Origin: Terriglobia bacterium
Lineage (GTDB): Bacteria > Acidobacteriota > Terriglobia > JAJPHL01 > JAPKYU01
DNA length: 64,000 bases
Assembly: GCA_965206645.1 (NCBI GenBank)
Contig: CBDBKE010000002.1
Span: 544,001 to 608,000 of the forward strand
Reading direction: 5' to 3'
Positions 40,277-50,655 of this stretch are shown here, piece by piece (position 1 is the first letter of the stretch; each line of letters begins with the position of its first letter). The notes under the pieces were generated by a model. That model did not search any database. It saw nothing but the letters and a program-made list of their open reading frames with translations, and was not told where the DNA came from. The position numbers were made by a program, and so were the translations under genes.

Positions 40277-43055
40277 GCAGCACCTCCGCCAGGCGCTTGA
40301 GCCCACCGGTGACATCGCTGCCCAGATTGATCCGCAGGACACGCCTGTCGCGCTGCTTCAGGGCCAGGAAATCGCCCAGGGCCTGGGCCTGAATCAGGGC
40401 TCCAAACGTGTACTCGGTTTCCGGCACCGCCAGGTCCTCTTGCGGATTGTCCACCAGCTGTAGGAACAGGCCCGTGCCCGGCCCGCCCTTGTGCAGTTGG
40501 CCGGTGGAGTGCAAGAAGCGCGGCCCGTACCCTAATGTCGTGGGAGCCTTCAGGCGGCTTCCCAGCGCTCGGCGAATTTCCTGCAGAGCCGTTGTGACCT
40601 CGACCGCCGGCGCCAGATAAGCCTGGAGCGCGATGTAGTCTCCGGGTCCGGCGCCAGCCAGCCAGTTCCCCACAGCTTGAGCCAGTGGTTTTCGCCGTGC
40701 CGCCGATATTGGCTTCGCTCCATTGCGCGATCCTTTCGCTTTGCCTTTTGCCTGTCCCATTGCCTGCCGGGCCAGTTCCTTGGCCAACTGAACATCCGGC
40801 TGGTTGAAGGGGTGGATCCCGAGAACGGCACCCGCGGCCGCAACAGCCACTTCCCAGCGGAAAAACTCCTGGCCCAGATCCACCATCTCAAAGAGGCTCA
40901 GGCGAACCACCGGATGGCCTGCAGCTTCCAGCGCCGCCACTTGTGTCTCCAGCTCGGAGTCTTCTTTCCCGTCCCTGGGCCCATCCCTAGGCCCATCCCT
41001 GGACAGGTGAACGAAGAGCCGGTCTGGGCCGTAGCCAGCCGCGGGAAGCGCTGGTTCGTCAGCGACCGGGAGAATGCCTTTACCCTCCTTGCCGGTGCTC
41101 TCGGCGATCAGCTGTTCTACCCAGGCCGGCAAGGAGGCCAGTGATGCAGAGGCCAGGAACGTCACCTTGTCGCGTCCTGCCAGCGCGAGTTCTCCCAGTG
41201 TAGATCCCAGCGTTAACCCTGGATTGTCGGACTCCGGAACGCAAAAGGAGCAGGCCTCCGCCATTTGCCATGCCCGGTCCAAAAGCTGGTGCACATCCAC
41301 CCCAATGAGCGCTGCCGGCACCAGACCAAAGACGCTGAGGGCTGAATACCGCCCGCCGACCTCGACGGGCGCGGAAAAAGTGCGCCGGAACTGCCGTTCC
41401 GTAGCAAGTTTTTCCAGCGGCGTTCCCGGATCCGTGATGGCAACGAAGTGACGTCCGGGAGTGCTGGTCAACCGGCTGACTCGTTCCCAGAAATAACGGA
41501 AAAACGAGAGGGTCTCGCCGGTCGTGCCCGACTTGCTGGAGACCAGGAACAGAGTGTGCAGCAAATCGACGCCCTTCTCGACGGCGCGCACGGCCGAAGG
41601 GTGCGTACTGTCAAGAACAAGCAGAGCAGGATGACCCGGCGCGTTACCGAAAGACCGCTGGAAAACTTCTGGCGCCAGGCTGGAGCCGCCCATCCCCAGA
41701 AGAACCACATGGCGGATGCCGTCGGCCCTGGCTTGCTGGGCGAAACCTGCCAGCTCATCGAGCTGTCCATGCATCTGTTCGGGAAGGTTGAGCCACCCCA
41801 GACGGTCGACGAGTTCCGGCACCGGCTGCGGCGACCACAGAGTCGGATCTTTTTGCCAGAGGCGACAGGCAAAGCGATCCTTCTGCCAGGCTTGCAGCCG
41901 CTGTTGCACTTTGCTCTGGTAGATCCCGAGGCTCAGCTGTTCACGGGCTGCCTGGCCCGCCAACAGCACCTTGCGCTTTTCTTCCAACGCGCCGAGAAGT
42001 TGCTCAAAGGAAGCCGCAAAGGAGCTGACGCCGTCTGCTTGCAGATTCTCAGTGATTCCGTCTAGGTCAATGCCGATCTTGGCCAGGCGGCTCAGCGTTT
42101 CCTGTGCTTCCGCCTGCTCCTCCTCCACGGTGTTGCCTCGCACGCGGCCGTGGTCCCCGAAGGCATCCAAAGTGGCCGGAGGCACAGTGTTGACCGTGTC
42201 CGCGCCAATCAGCTCCTCCACGTAGAGGACGTCCGAAGAGGCAGGGTTCTTGGTGCCGGTACTGGCCCACAGCGGCCGCTGCACGCGGGCACCGCGCGCG
42301 CGGAGCGCAGCGAACGACTCACCGTTGAAAATTTCCCGGAAGCGTCTGTAGACCATCTTGGCATTGGCAATCGCGGCCTGGCCTCGCAGGGCCAAAGCTT
42401 TCGACGTCCCAATTTCTTCCAGTTTGCGGTCGACGGCCGTGTCCACTCGGCTGACAAAGAAGGAAGCTACCGAAGCGACGCGTTGCGGTTCGGAGGCCTG
42501 CTCGAGCCCACGAAGATAGGCCTGGGCCACCGCTTCGTAGTGCGCCAAAGAAAACATCAGCGTGACGTTGACGTTGATTCCTTCGCCGATGAGTGCTGCG
42601 ATGGCGGAAATTCCTTCGGGCGTCGCGGGCACCTTGATCATCACATTGGGGCGGTCCAGTGCCTTCCACAAGCGACGCGCTTCGGCGAGGGTGCCCTCGG
42701 TGTCATGTGCCAGCCGGGGCGAGACTTCCAGGCTGACGAAGCCGTCGGCTCCCTGGGTGCTCTCATAAACCGGGCGGAACGCATCGGCCGCCTTCTGGAT
42801 ATCTTCGATCGCCAGCATCTCGAACAGCACAGCAGCGTCAGCATGAGGATCCTCACCGAACCGGACGCGCAAGGCCTCATCGTAGTCTTTGCTGCCGGAG
42901 ATGGCTTTTTCGAAGATCGTCGGATTGGTGGTGACACCACGCAGGCCGTCTTCCAGGATCAACCGTCCGAGTTCGCCGCTGGTCATCAAGCTGCGTCGGA
43001 TGTAGTCGAGCCAGATCGACTGGCCGCGCTTCTCGAGCTCCTTGAGTGGGTTCAT
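40269..43055 (-). CDS. tal: Bifunctional transaldolase/phosphoglucose isomerase
   Basis: SIWLD, TTNPTIF, MIKVP, PLWAST; then [28 protein letters not shown]. Confidence 0.93.
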   Translation of the reverse strand: MNPLKELEKRGQSIWLDYIRRSLMTSGELGRLILEDGLRGVTTNPTIFEKAISGSKDYDEALRVRFGEDPHADAAVLFEMLAIEDIQKAADAFRPVYESTQGADGFVSLEVSPRLAHDTEGTLAEARRLWKALDRPNVMIKVPATPEGISAIAALIGEGINVNVTLMFSLAHYEAVAQAYLRGLEQASEPQRVASVASFFVSRVDTAVDRKLEEIGTSKALALRGQAAIANAKMVYRRFREIFNGESFAALRARGARVQRPLWASTGTKNPASSDVLYVEELIGADTVNTVPPATLDAFGDHGRVRGNTVEEEQAEAQETLSRLAKIGIDLDGITENLQADGVSSFAASFEQLLGALEEKRKVLLAGQAAREQLSLGIYQSKVQQRLQAWQKDRFACRLWQKDPTLWSPQPVPELVDRLGWLNLPEQMHGQLDELAGFAQQARADGIRHVVLLGMGGSSLAPEVFQRSFGNAPGHPALLVLDSTHPSAVRAVEKGVDLLHTLFLVSSKSGTTGETLSFFRYFWERVSRLTSTPGRHFVAITDPGTPLEKLATERQFRRTFSAPVEVGGRYSALSVFGLVPAALIGVDVHQLLDRAWQMAEACSFCVPESDNPGLTLGSTLGELALAGRDKVTFLASASLASLPAWVEQLIAESTGKEGKGILPVADEPALPAAGYGPDRLFVHLSRDGPRDGPRDGKEDSELETQVAALEAAGHPVVRLSLFEMVDLGQEFFRWEVAVAAAGAVLGIHPFNQPDVQLAKELARQAMGQAKGKAKGSRNGAKPISAARRKPLAQAVGNWLAGAGPGDYIALQAYLAPAVEVTTALQEIRRALGSRLKAPTTLGYGPRFLHSTGQLHKGGPGTGLFLQLVDNPQEDLAVPETEYTFGALIQAQALGDFLALKQRDRRVLRINLGSDVTGGLKRLAEVLHG

Positions 43056-43522
43056 GGTTTCCCCTTGCTGGCGTTGAAGGCGGCTTCCAGCGCGCTGACT
43101 TTTTTCAGCCGGCGACGGTGGCGTTCTTCCTCGGTGAAATGCGCTTCTAGGAAAGTGCGCAACAGCTCCCGTGCCAGCTGCGAACCAATCACTCGAGCGC
43201 CCAGCACTAGCACGTTGATGCCGTCGTGTTCGACGCCCTGGTGGGCCGAGTAGGTATCGTGGCAGAGCCCGGCGCGGATGCCGGGGAGCTTGTTCGCCGC
43301 TACCGAGGCGCCCACGCCACTGCCGCAGAGGAGGAGGCCGCGCTCGGCTTGTCCACTTAACACGGCGCGACCGACGGCTTCGGCATAGTCAGGGTAGTCC
43401 GCCGGCTCGGTGCTGTGCGTGCCTAAATCAACAACTTCGTGGCCCAGACTTTTCAGGTAGGCGACAAGCTCCTGTTTTAAGGAAAATCCGGCATGATCGG
43501 CCGCGGCCGCAACTCGCATCAA
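43052..43522 (-). CDS. rpiB: Ribose-5-phosphate isomerase B
   Basis: ADHAG, DYPD, CGSGVG, ANK, RHRRR. Confidence 0.95.
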   Translation of the reverse strand: MMRVAAAADHAGFSLKQELVAYLKSLGHEVVDLGTHSTEPADYPDYAEAVGRAVLSGQAERGLLLCGSGVGASVAANKLPGIRAGLCHDTYSAHQGVEHDGINVLVLGARVIGSQLARELLRTFLEAHFTEEERHRRRLKKVSALEAAFNASKGKP

Positions 43523-43750
43523 CTACCTCCCTACAAGTGTCCGGGCGCGTTCGGCCACCGCGTCCGGCGTGAACCCCAGCTTCTCCAGCACTACCTCGGC
43601 TGGCTGAACAAGTGCTCGACCGGCTGGTGGGTGGGTCCGTCTTCGCCCAGGCCAATGCTATCGTGGGTAAAGATGAAAATGGAATGGGTTTGCATCAGCG
43701 CCGCCAAAGGTGTTCACACAGAGTTGATCCAACGACTTCATGGAAGCCAT
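43523..43750 (-). pseudogene. tkt: Transketolase relic with two large internal deletions
   Basis: Three out-of-frame pieces: [14 protein letters not shown] / [33 protein letters not shown] / [26 protein letters not shown]. Confidence 0.88.
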
Positions 43751-43875
43751 GTTCTCCTGTTTAACGGGTACAGCTCATCTGGACTTCGCATTGTTCGCTC
43801 GGCATGCAAGACCTTAGCTTGGCTGCCAGCTTTGCACTGGAAGTATCCACCACCTGAAGTATCCAGCACCCGCCT

Positions 43876-44634
43876 TCAGCGATAATGCTCCGCGGAGGAC
43901 TGTGGCTCGAAACCGATGACTTTCCGTGCATGCTTCAAGTCCCGATAGCTCCACTTGTTGTTCGACACAACGTAGAAAATATCAAAGCGCAGGCTTTCGG
44001 GTGCCGCAATACAACGCTCGATCATCTGCGCGATGTCGCGCTGGCTGCACCAGACAGAGAACTGCCGAGTCTGCAGCGGGCGGTCTTCGCGGTTCACTGC
44101 ACCAATACGCAGGCAAATGACGGACATGCCGTAGGCGTCCGAGAAGTACCGCCCCAAGGCCTCGCCCCAGACTTTACTGCACCCGTAAAGCCCCGATGGT
44201 CGGACCGCCGATTCATGGGTGATCTGCTGCCACGTCTGAGGGACCTCGGAATACCGCGCTTGGACGACTGCGCTATAGGGAAATTGTCGTTCCCATGCGC
44301 TGATGGTCGCTCCGCTGCTCGCATAAATGATGCGTTTGACTCCAGCTCGGCGTGCAGCTTCAAAGACGTTATGCGTGCCGATGACATTGTTGTGAAGGAC
44401 CTCTTCCCATGTTGCGGTGTCAGACGCAACGGCCGACAAATGCACGACCACATCCTTGTGCTCAAATGCCGGCTGAATCGCTTCCAGGTTTGCAATGTCG
44501 GCTCGATGGCATTCCACGCCAGCCACGTCCCGACGGTTCAGCGCGCTGAGTACATATTTGTCTTCCAGATGCTGGCGCACCACGCTACCAATCAGACCGC
44601 TCATGCCCGTTATAAGTACGCTTTTCCGGTTCAT
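43876..44634 (-). CDS. NAD-dependent epimerase/dehydratase (uronate dehydrogenase-like)
   Basis: ITGMSGLIG, YGCSK, CLRIG, W.S.RD. Confidence 0.85.
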   Translation of the reverse strand: MNRKSVLITGMSGLIGSVVRQHLEDKYVLSALNRRDVAGVECHRADIANLEAIQPAFEHKDVVVHLSAVASDTATWEEVLHNNVIGTHNVFEAARRAGVKRIIYASSGATISAWERQFPYSAVVQARYSEVPQTWQQITHESAVRPSGLYGCSKVWGEALGRYFSDAYGMSVICLRIGAVNREDRPLQTRQFSVWCSQRDIAQMIERCIAAPESLRFDIFYVVSNNKWSYRDLKHARKVIGFEPQSSAEHYR

Positions 44635-44652
44635 AGGCTCTCCTTCGTTATA

Positions 44653-44670
44653 TTGAAACGCAACTTTCAA
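44653..44670. promoter_or_regulatory. Palindromic operator candidate TTGAAA-N6-TTTCAA
   Basis: Perfect 6-bp arms about 18 bp upstream of the 44634 start. Confidence 0.45.
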
Positions 44671-44903
44671 GAATACGGCATGCCCGCCATCCGCGAGAGT
44701 ATAGACCTTCATGCAACATCGCAAGGAGCTTTGGCCTTCATCGGACAACGTACGCCGTCGTAGCCGCAGACAAGGAACCATTGTCCGCCCAGGTGTGCTA
44801 GCATGGCGCTAAAGCAGGGAGACGAGGGGGTTCGCAAATACCCGGGCAGCAACCTGAGCTTGGAGAACCTGGGCTTAGACAACCCGGGCTTAGAGAGGAT
44901 CCC

Positions 44904-46268
44904 ATGGTTCCAATCACATCGATTTCTGAATCCTGCTGGCAAGTCCCGCGGCGGGAATTCTTGAGGCGACTCGGGGCAGCGACTGCTGCTGCGGCTGCCT
45001 TTTCCGCAAAGCTCTCGGCCTTCAGCGGTTCACCGGATGCACGCTCGCCGAAGAGGGCAGAACCCACAGGAGACCACCGTACCGGCCGGCCCGAGTTGAG
45101 TGAGGAAAGTTTCTGGGGCTTGGTCAAGGAGCAGTTCATCCTCCGCGACGGGCTCATCTTGATGAACTCGGCTAACCTCTGTCCATCACCTTTCTCGGTC
45201 ATGGAGACCGTCTTTGGCTACATCCGGGATGAGGACCAAGACGCTTCGTTCCAGAACCGTGCGAAGTACGATGAGCTGCAGGAATCGTCCCGAGCAAAGC
45301 TGGCCCGGCTACTGGGTGCCGGGCCGGAGGAAATCGCTCTTGTTCGAAATACCAGCGAGGGCAATAACGTCGTAGTGAATGCTCTGAACCTCGGGCCGGG
45401 CGAGGAGGTACTCTGTTGGGAGCAGAACCATCCCACGAATAATGTGGCCTGGAGAGTGCGGGGTGCCCGCCATGGTTTCAAGGTCAAGTATGTGAGTTTG
45501 GACTGGCCTCCCGGAAGCGCCGAGGAGATCCTTGAGGTGTTCCGCAAGGGCTTCACACCGCACACGAAGGTCCTCGCTTTCTCGGACGTATCCAACGTTA
45601 GCGGCGCCGCGCTTCCCGCGAAGGAGCTCTGCGCTATGGCGCATGAGCGTGGCGTCATCGCGCATATCGACGGGGCTCAGACGTTCGGCGTGAAGAAGCT
45701 CAACCTTCATGAAATCGGGTGCGATTCCTATGCAGGTAGCGCGCACAAGTGGCTCATGGGTCCCAAGGAAGCTGGCGTCTTGTATGTGAGAAAGGAGCGC
45801 ATCAAGGACTACTGGCCCCTGGCGGTGGGATCAGGCTGGGGAGCTGAAGTGGCTCCCGAGCCCAAGGGCGCGCGAAAATTCGAGAGCCTGGGCCAGCGCA
45901 ATGACGCCACACTGGCGGCGGTAGGTAAGGCGGTTGATTTTCACTACCTCATCGGGGACGTCCCCATCGAAGGCAGGGTTCGGCAGCTTGCCACTGCTCT
46001 CAAGGAGGGTATCGCCAGGATTCCGGGAAGCAAGCTCTATACCTCTCTTGATCCCACTCTCAGTTTGGGCGTGGTGATCTTCGGCTTAGGCGGCGCTGTC
46101 GACCACAAGAAAGCTTACATGCGGCTGTACGAAGATTATGGCGTGGGTGGGGCCTTCTTCCCCGGGAAAGAGCCGAAGCTTCGCCTCTGTCCTAATGTTT
46201 ACAATACCATGCCCGAAGTCGAGAAAGTCCTGGCCGCGCTTCAAGAGATCGCCAGCCAGGGTGCCTGA
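44904..46268 (+). CDS. Class V PLP-dependent aminotransferase-fold enzyme with Tat signal
   Basis: PRREFL, RNTSEG, IDGAQ, SAHKWLMGP. Confidence 0.88.
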   Translation: MVPITSISESCWQVPRREFLRRLGAATAAAAAFSAKLSAFSGSPDARSPKRAEPTGDHRTGRPELSEESFWGLVKEQFILRDGLILMNSANLCPSPFSVMETVFGYIRDEDQDASFQNRAKYDELQESSRAKLARLLGAGPEEIALVRNTSEGNNVVVNALNLGPGEEVLCWEQNHPTNNVAWRVRGARHGFKVKYVSLDWPPGSAEEILEVFRKGFTPHTKVLAFSDVSNVSGAALPAKELCAMAHERGVIAHIDGAQTFGVKKLNLHEIGCDSYAGSAHKWLMGPKEAGVLYVRKERIKDYWPLAVGSGWGAEVAPEPKGARKFESLGQRNDATLAAVGKAVDFHYLIGDVPIEGRVRQLATALKEGIARIPGSKLYTSLDPTLSLGVVIFGLGGAVDHKKAYMRLYEDYGVGGAFFPGKEPKLRLCPNVYNTMPEVEKVLAALQEIASQGA

Positions 46269-46307
46269 GCTACGGTCGCGTCCCAGAAATTCGCCACAAA
46301 AGTTCAT

Positions 46308-46377
46308 GACCACTCGCTCACGTTCGTAGCTCGGAAGCGCGTTGAAAAGACAGAGCCGCGCGCGTCAGCAAGCGGTC
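46308..46377. repeat. Imperfect inverted pair of 25-bp REP-like units
   Basis: gaccactcgctcacgttcgtagctc versus gagccgcgcgcgtcagcaagcggtc (18/25 complementary). Confidence 0.55.
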
Positions 46378-46583
46378 CCACAAGCACACAAACATAGGCA
46401 ACGTTTTTCCGGGACACAACACTAGGTGAACCCTTCGAGCCCGCGCTGGTATCCTGATCTCTTTGAGCCAGGCCGTGCGGTGAGGCTGATTCGGCCACCA
46501 GCGAGTCTCATTGGTACTGGCACACCTGCCCAATAATCTCCGAGGAGAAACAGGGAGATGGTGAGGTAATTACAGACAGATTA

Positions 46584-48527
46584 TTACCTCTTTCTTGGTT
46601 TGGGACTTAGCGTCGTACCGTCAAAGAAAAGAACAAAGCCCATGTCCTGACCTGCCAGCAGATCCGGCACTCCGTCCCCATTCCAGTCGGCCACCTCAAT
46701 GTTGGGCGTGTGGGTCCAACCTTCCAGCAGTTCCCGGCCCTGTTTTCGGAGGGACACTCCATCCAGGTCTGTTATTTCCTTCCCTTCCGCAAATATCGGC
46801 TTTTCATTGCTCTCCACATTTTCCAGGAAGAGGACTGGGGCGGAAAAAAGCAGTCCCGCGAGGATATCCCAGTCGCCGTCGCCATCCCAGTCGTAAACAT
46901 TCGGCTTGTCACGCTGGCCGTAGGGGTTATCCAGCTTGGAGAAGACGACTGGCGCTCCGGACTGGAACGCCAGCGGCGTCCCGGCCTGAAGCAGGAGTGC
47001 GCCGGTTTCATCTCGCTTCCGCAGATACAGGGTGTACCCGTAGCGGTCATTCACGGCGACCAAATCCATCAACCCATCCTCATTCCAGTCCACCGGCGCC
47101 GGTCTCACGCGGGCATGCCCTCTGGTGCGGATGATCTTTCCTGCCGCTTCCAGCAGCCGCGGTTCAGCCCACACCGGTGCCCGGCGGCCGCCCTCGTTCT
47201 GGAATAACAGGTATCCCGATCTTCCGATCTGGCCCGAGAGGAGGTCCAGGTCGCCGTCGCCATCCCAATCCACCAGCGAAGGCGATGAATACCCCCAGAA
47301 ACGCTCCACCGGCCCCTGCGGTTGATACCCCGTTTCCACGACAATGCGCAGGGGTTTGCCATCGGCAAAGCGAAGCAGCTCTCCTTCGGCAAGCACTGGC
47401 GTCTTTCGCGTCCTGATGTTGCGGAACAGATGGAACTCGCCATCGTCACTTTCCACCACCAGGTCCAGGTCCCCGTCACCGTCATAATCGACCGCATCGG
47501 GTGTGGAAAAGCCCGGAGTCCAGACCTCTGCCGCCGTTTCCCTGAAAGCCTCAAAAGTTCCGGAAAAGTACGGCTCACCCGGTTTGCCGGCATTACGAAA
47601 AAGAAACTCGCCGTCTTCACTGGAAGCCAGCAGGTCAAACAGTCCGTCGCCGTCCCAGTCCACAACGGAGACCTTGCTGTAGATGCCTGGATACTCAATG
47701 TAGAGGTGCCGGGGTTGTGCCAGTTTCGGCTGGGCGGAAGACCCTACATTTTCAAAATACAGAACCGGGAAAGATTCCTGGGTGACCAGCAGGTCCAGGT
47801 CGCCGTCCTCGTCCCAATCCACAGCGGTGGGGCTGCAGATTCCGAAGACAGTCAGGGGATGCCCGTCCAGCAGGAGAGGTTCGACACGGGGGAAGCGGGG
47901 TTGGGTGCGGGTGCCGTGGTTGGGCAAGAAATAAAGCTCGCCGTGAATCTGGCCAAAGCTGGTACGGCCACTGGGCGGAAAGCGGCCAGGAATTGGATAA
48001 GCGAAATAATCAGTCCAGATATCGCGCGTCCCCACCAGCAAATCTGGAAGCCCATCCCCGTTCCAATCGGCCACGAAAGGCGCACCACGGGTCAGCGGTT
48101 TCCGTCCGGCGGGCCGTGCACTTTCAAAGAGGGCCGATGAAACCAACGTCTGGGCCGTGCCGAAGGTGGGCTCGCCGGGCCGACCCGTGTTGAGGTGCAG
48201 GCGGATCTCGGGCTCACCCTCGCCTCCGTCGACGATATCCCACCGACCGTCCCCATTCAGGTCGGCTAGACAGATGTAGGAGCGCCAGTGCAGGAAAGAA
48301 AGTAGAGGGCCCTTTCTGAAAACTCCTCCGCCTACATTTTCGTACACCCGCTGATCAGCAATCAGGTCCAGGTCGCCATCACCGTCCCAGTCGATGGGAC
48401 TTGACCACATGACGCTACGACCAGAGCGCTTGGTTAGGGCTGTGGCTCCCGAGGCTCGGTTATGGGTTGCAAATCGGGGCGAAGATTTGTCTGCCGGTGC
48501 GGCAGACAAGACTGGGGGAACCGCTGT
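46584..48527 (-). pseudogene. FG-GAP/VCBS repeat protein, 5' end removed by the IS
   Basis: About 10 DWDGDGDLDL repeats; the frame runs into the IS terminus at 48528. Confidence 0.75.
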
Positions 48528-48594
48528 TGACCTGACCGGCACTTTTTGTACCAAGTGGAAAGAGAGAGAATCCACTTGAGGAGGAAGTGAGGTC

Positions 48595-48873
48595 ATGCCG
48601 ACAAGGAGTTACAAGCCGGAGCAGATTGTAGCGGTGCTACGGCAGATAGAAGTGCAGATGGGGAACGGGAAGACTGCGCCCCAAGCCTGCAAAGAAGCTG
48701 GAATCCACACCCAAACCTACTACCGGTGGCGGAAGGAATACGGCGGGCTGAAGGTGGTGCAGGCAAAACGGCTGAAGGAGTTGGAGAAGGAAAACACGCG
48801 GCTGAAGCGGTTGGTAGCGGAGCTTTCTCTGGAGAAGCAGGTGCTGCGGGATGTGGCACAGGGAAACTTCTGA
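48595..48873 (+). CDS. IS3 transposase OrfA (HTH)
   Basis: TYYRWRKEYGG..KRLKELEKEN.RLK; GAGG SD. Confidence 0.9.
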   Translation: MPTRSYKPEQIVAVLRQIEVQMGNGKTAPQACKEAGIHTQTYYRWRKEYGGLKVVQAKRLKELEKENTRLKRLVAELSLEKQVLRDVAQGNF

Positions 48874-49739
48874 GCCCTGAGCGGCGGCGTTGTGCGGTGG
48901 AGCGTGCGTGGGAGCAACACGGGTTGTCGGAACGGCATGCCTGCCGGCTGCTGGGGCAATGGCGAGGGACACAACGATACGAGCCGATTCATCGGGTGGA
49001 CGAGGATGCTCTGACCCGAGCGATCATTGCCCTGGGAGCGAACTACGGGCGATATGGCTACCGGAGGATCACAGCGTTGCTGCGGAGTGCGGGCTGGGAA
49101 GTGGGCAAGGACCGGGTGCAGCGGATTTGGCGGCGGGAAGGGCTGAAAGTGCCGCAAAAACAAAGGCCGCGAGGACGGCTGTGGCTGAACGACGGTTCCT
49201 GTGTACGACTGAGGCCGGAGCGACCGAACCACGTGTGGAGCTACGACTTCATGAGTGCCAGAACGCACGAGGGGAGAACGCTGCGGCTGCTGACCTTGCT
49301 GGATGAGTACACGCGGGAATGCCTGGCGATCCGGGTGGAGCGGAGAATGGGCAGCCAACAAATCATTGAGGCGTTGTCGGACGTGATGTTGTGGCGAGGG
49401 ATACCGGAACAGATTCGATCCGACAATGGTCCCGAGTTCATCGCCAAACAACTGCGCCAGTGGTTGGCAAATCTAGGGACCGGGACACTGTACATCGAAC
49501 CGGGCAGTCCCTGGGAGAACGGGTACTGCGAGAGTTTCAATGGGAAGCTGCGGGACGAATGCCTGAATGGAGAGATCTTCTACTCGTTGAAGGAGGCACA
49601 GGTGGTGATTGAACAGTGGAGGGTGCAATACAACACGGTGCGGCCGCACTCGGCGCTCGGCTATAGGCCCCCGGCGCCGGGGGCCTATAGCCCTCCCCTG
49701 CCACTGAAACCAGTTTCACAGCCCCAGGCTGCGATGTAA
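48861..49739 (+). CDS. IS3 transposase OrfB (DDE), fused to OrfA by -1 frameshift
   Basis: Slippery G_GGA_AAC at 48861-48867; WSYDF, RSDNGPEF, ESFNGKLRDE. Confidence 0.9.
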   Translation, partial: GKLLSPERRRCAVERAWEQHGLSERHACRLLGQWRGTQRYEPIHRVDEDALTRAIIALGANYGRYGYRRITALLRSAGWEVGKDRVQRIWRREGLKVPQKQRPRGRLWLNDGSCVRLRPERPNHVWSYDFMSARTHEGRTLRLLTLLDEYTRECLAIRVERRMGSQQIIEALSDVMLWRGIPEQIRSDNGPEFIAKQLRQWLANLGTGTLYIEPGSPWENGYCESFNGKLRDECLNGEIFYSLKEAQVVIEQWRVQYNTVRPHSALGYRPPAPGAYSPPLPLKPVSQPQAAM

Positions 49740-49777
49740 ACTCTCACTACGGTTGGTACAAAAAATCGGTCTGGTCA

Positions 49778-50584
49778 CCCACGGCCAGCCTCGAGCACTA
49801 CCTGTTCCCGCAGCTGATCGAGCACCCGTGCCTGCTGACCAACATGCGTGGTCTGTACTCCGACGCGATCGCTGACCACGTTTTCGCCTACATTGTGTGC
49901 TTCGCCCGAAACTTCCATCGGTATATCCGCAATCAAATGGAGTGCCGGTGGCAGCCAGTGGGGGACGACGCAGGGTGGGCAAACTTTGCCATCGGCCCCG
50001 CGGTGCCGACCGAGGGGGCGCAGGCGCACCTGCATCTCTCGGATGCGACGCTCGGCGTGGTGGGCCTGGGAAGTATCGGCGGCGAGGTTGCACGGCGAGG
50101 ACTGGCGTTCGGCATGCGGGTGGTAGCCGTGGACCCTGTCCAGACCCAGGTTCCCCAGGGGGTGGCAGCGATGTGGAGGCCGGAGCAGCTTGGGGATCTG
50201 TTGGCCCAGGCGGACTTCGTCGTCATCGCCGCCCCTCACACTCCGCAAACGGTGAAGATGTTCCGCCGGCAACAGTTCCGGCAAATGAAGCGCACGGCAT
50301 GCCTAATCAACGTGGGGCGGGGGGTGATTGTGGACCTGGCGGATCTGACGGCGGCGCTCGAGGCGGGCGAGATCGGCGGAGCAGGGCTGGACGTGTTCGA
50401 GGTGGAACCGTTGCCCCCGGACCATCCCCTGTGGAGGATGGAGAACGTCATCATTACGCCGCACGTTGCAGGCTACGCGCCACGGATCCCGCAACGACAT
50501 CTGGAGGTGGTGCTCGATAACGTTGGAAAGTTTGTTCGCCAGGAACCTCTGCGGAACGTCGTGAACAAGGCCTCGTGGTTCTAG
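49778..50584 (+). pseudogene. D-2-hydroxyacid dehydrogenase, N-terminally truncated by the IS
   Basis: Frame is open from the IS end (PTASLEHYLFPQLIEHPCLLTNMRG); GLGSIG, INVGRG, LDVFEVEP, TPHVAG. Confidence 0.82.
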
Positions 50585-50655
50585 GCCCATCCTTCTTATC
50601 AGCACCGTTCCGGCTTATCATCACCGTCCCGGCCGCTGGTCACGGACAGTGCAAG

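Larger units (their letters stand above)
48528..49777 (+). mobile_element. IS3-family insertion sequence, 1250 bp
   Basis: TG...CA ends; IRL tgacctgaccggcactttttgtacca, IRR tggtacaaaaaatcggtctggtca; orfA/orfB; no target duplication. Confidence 0.93.
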
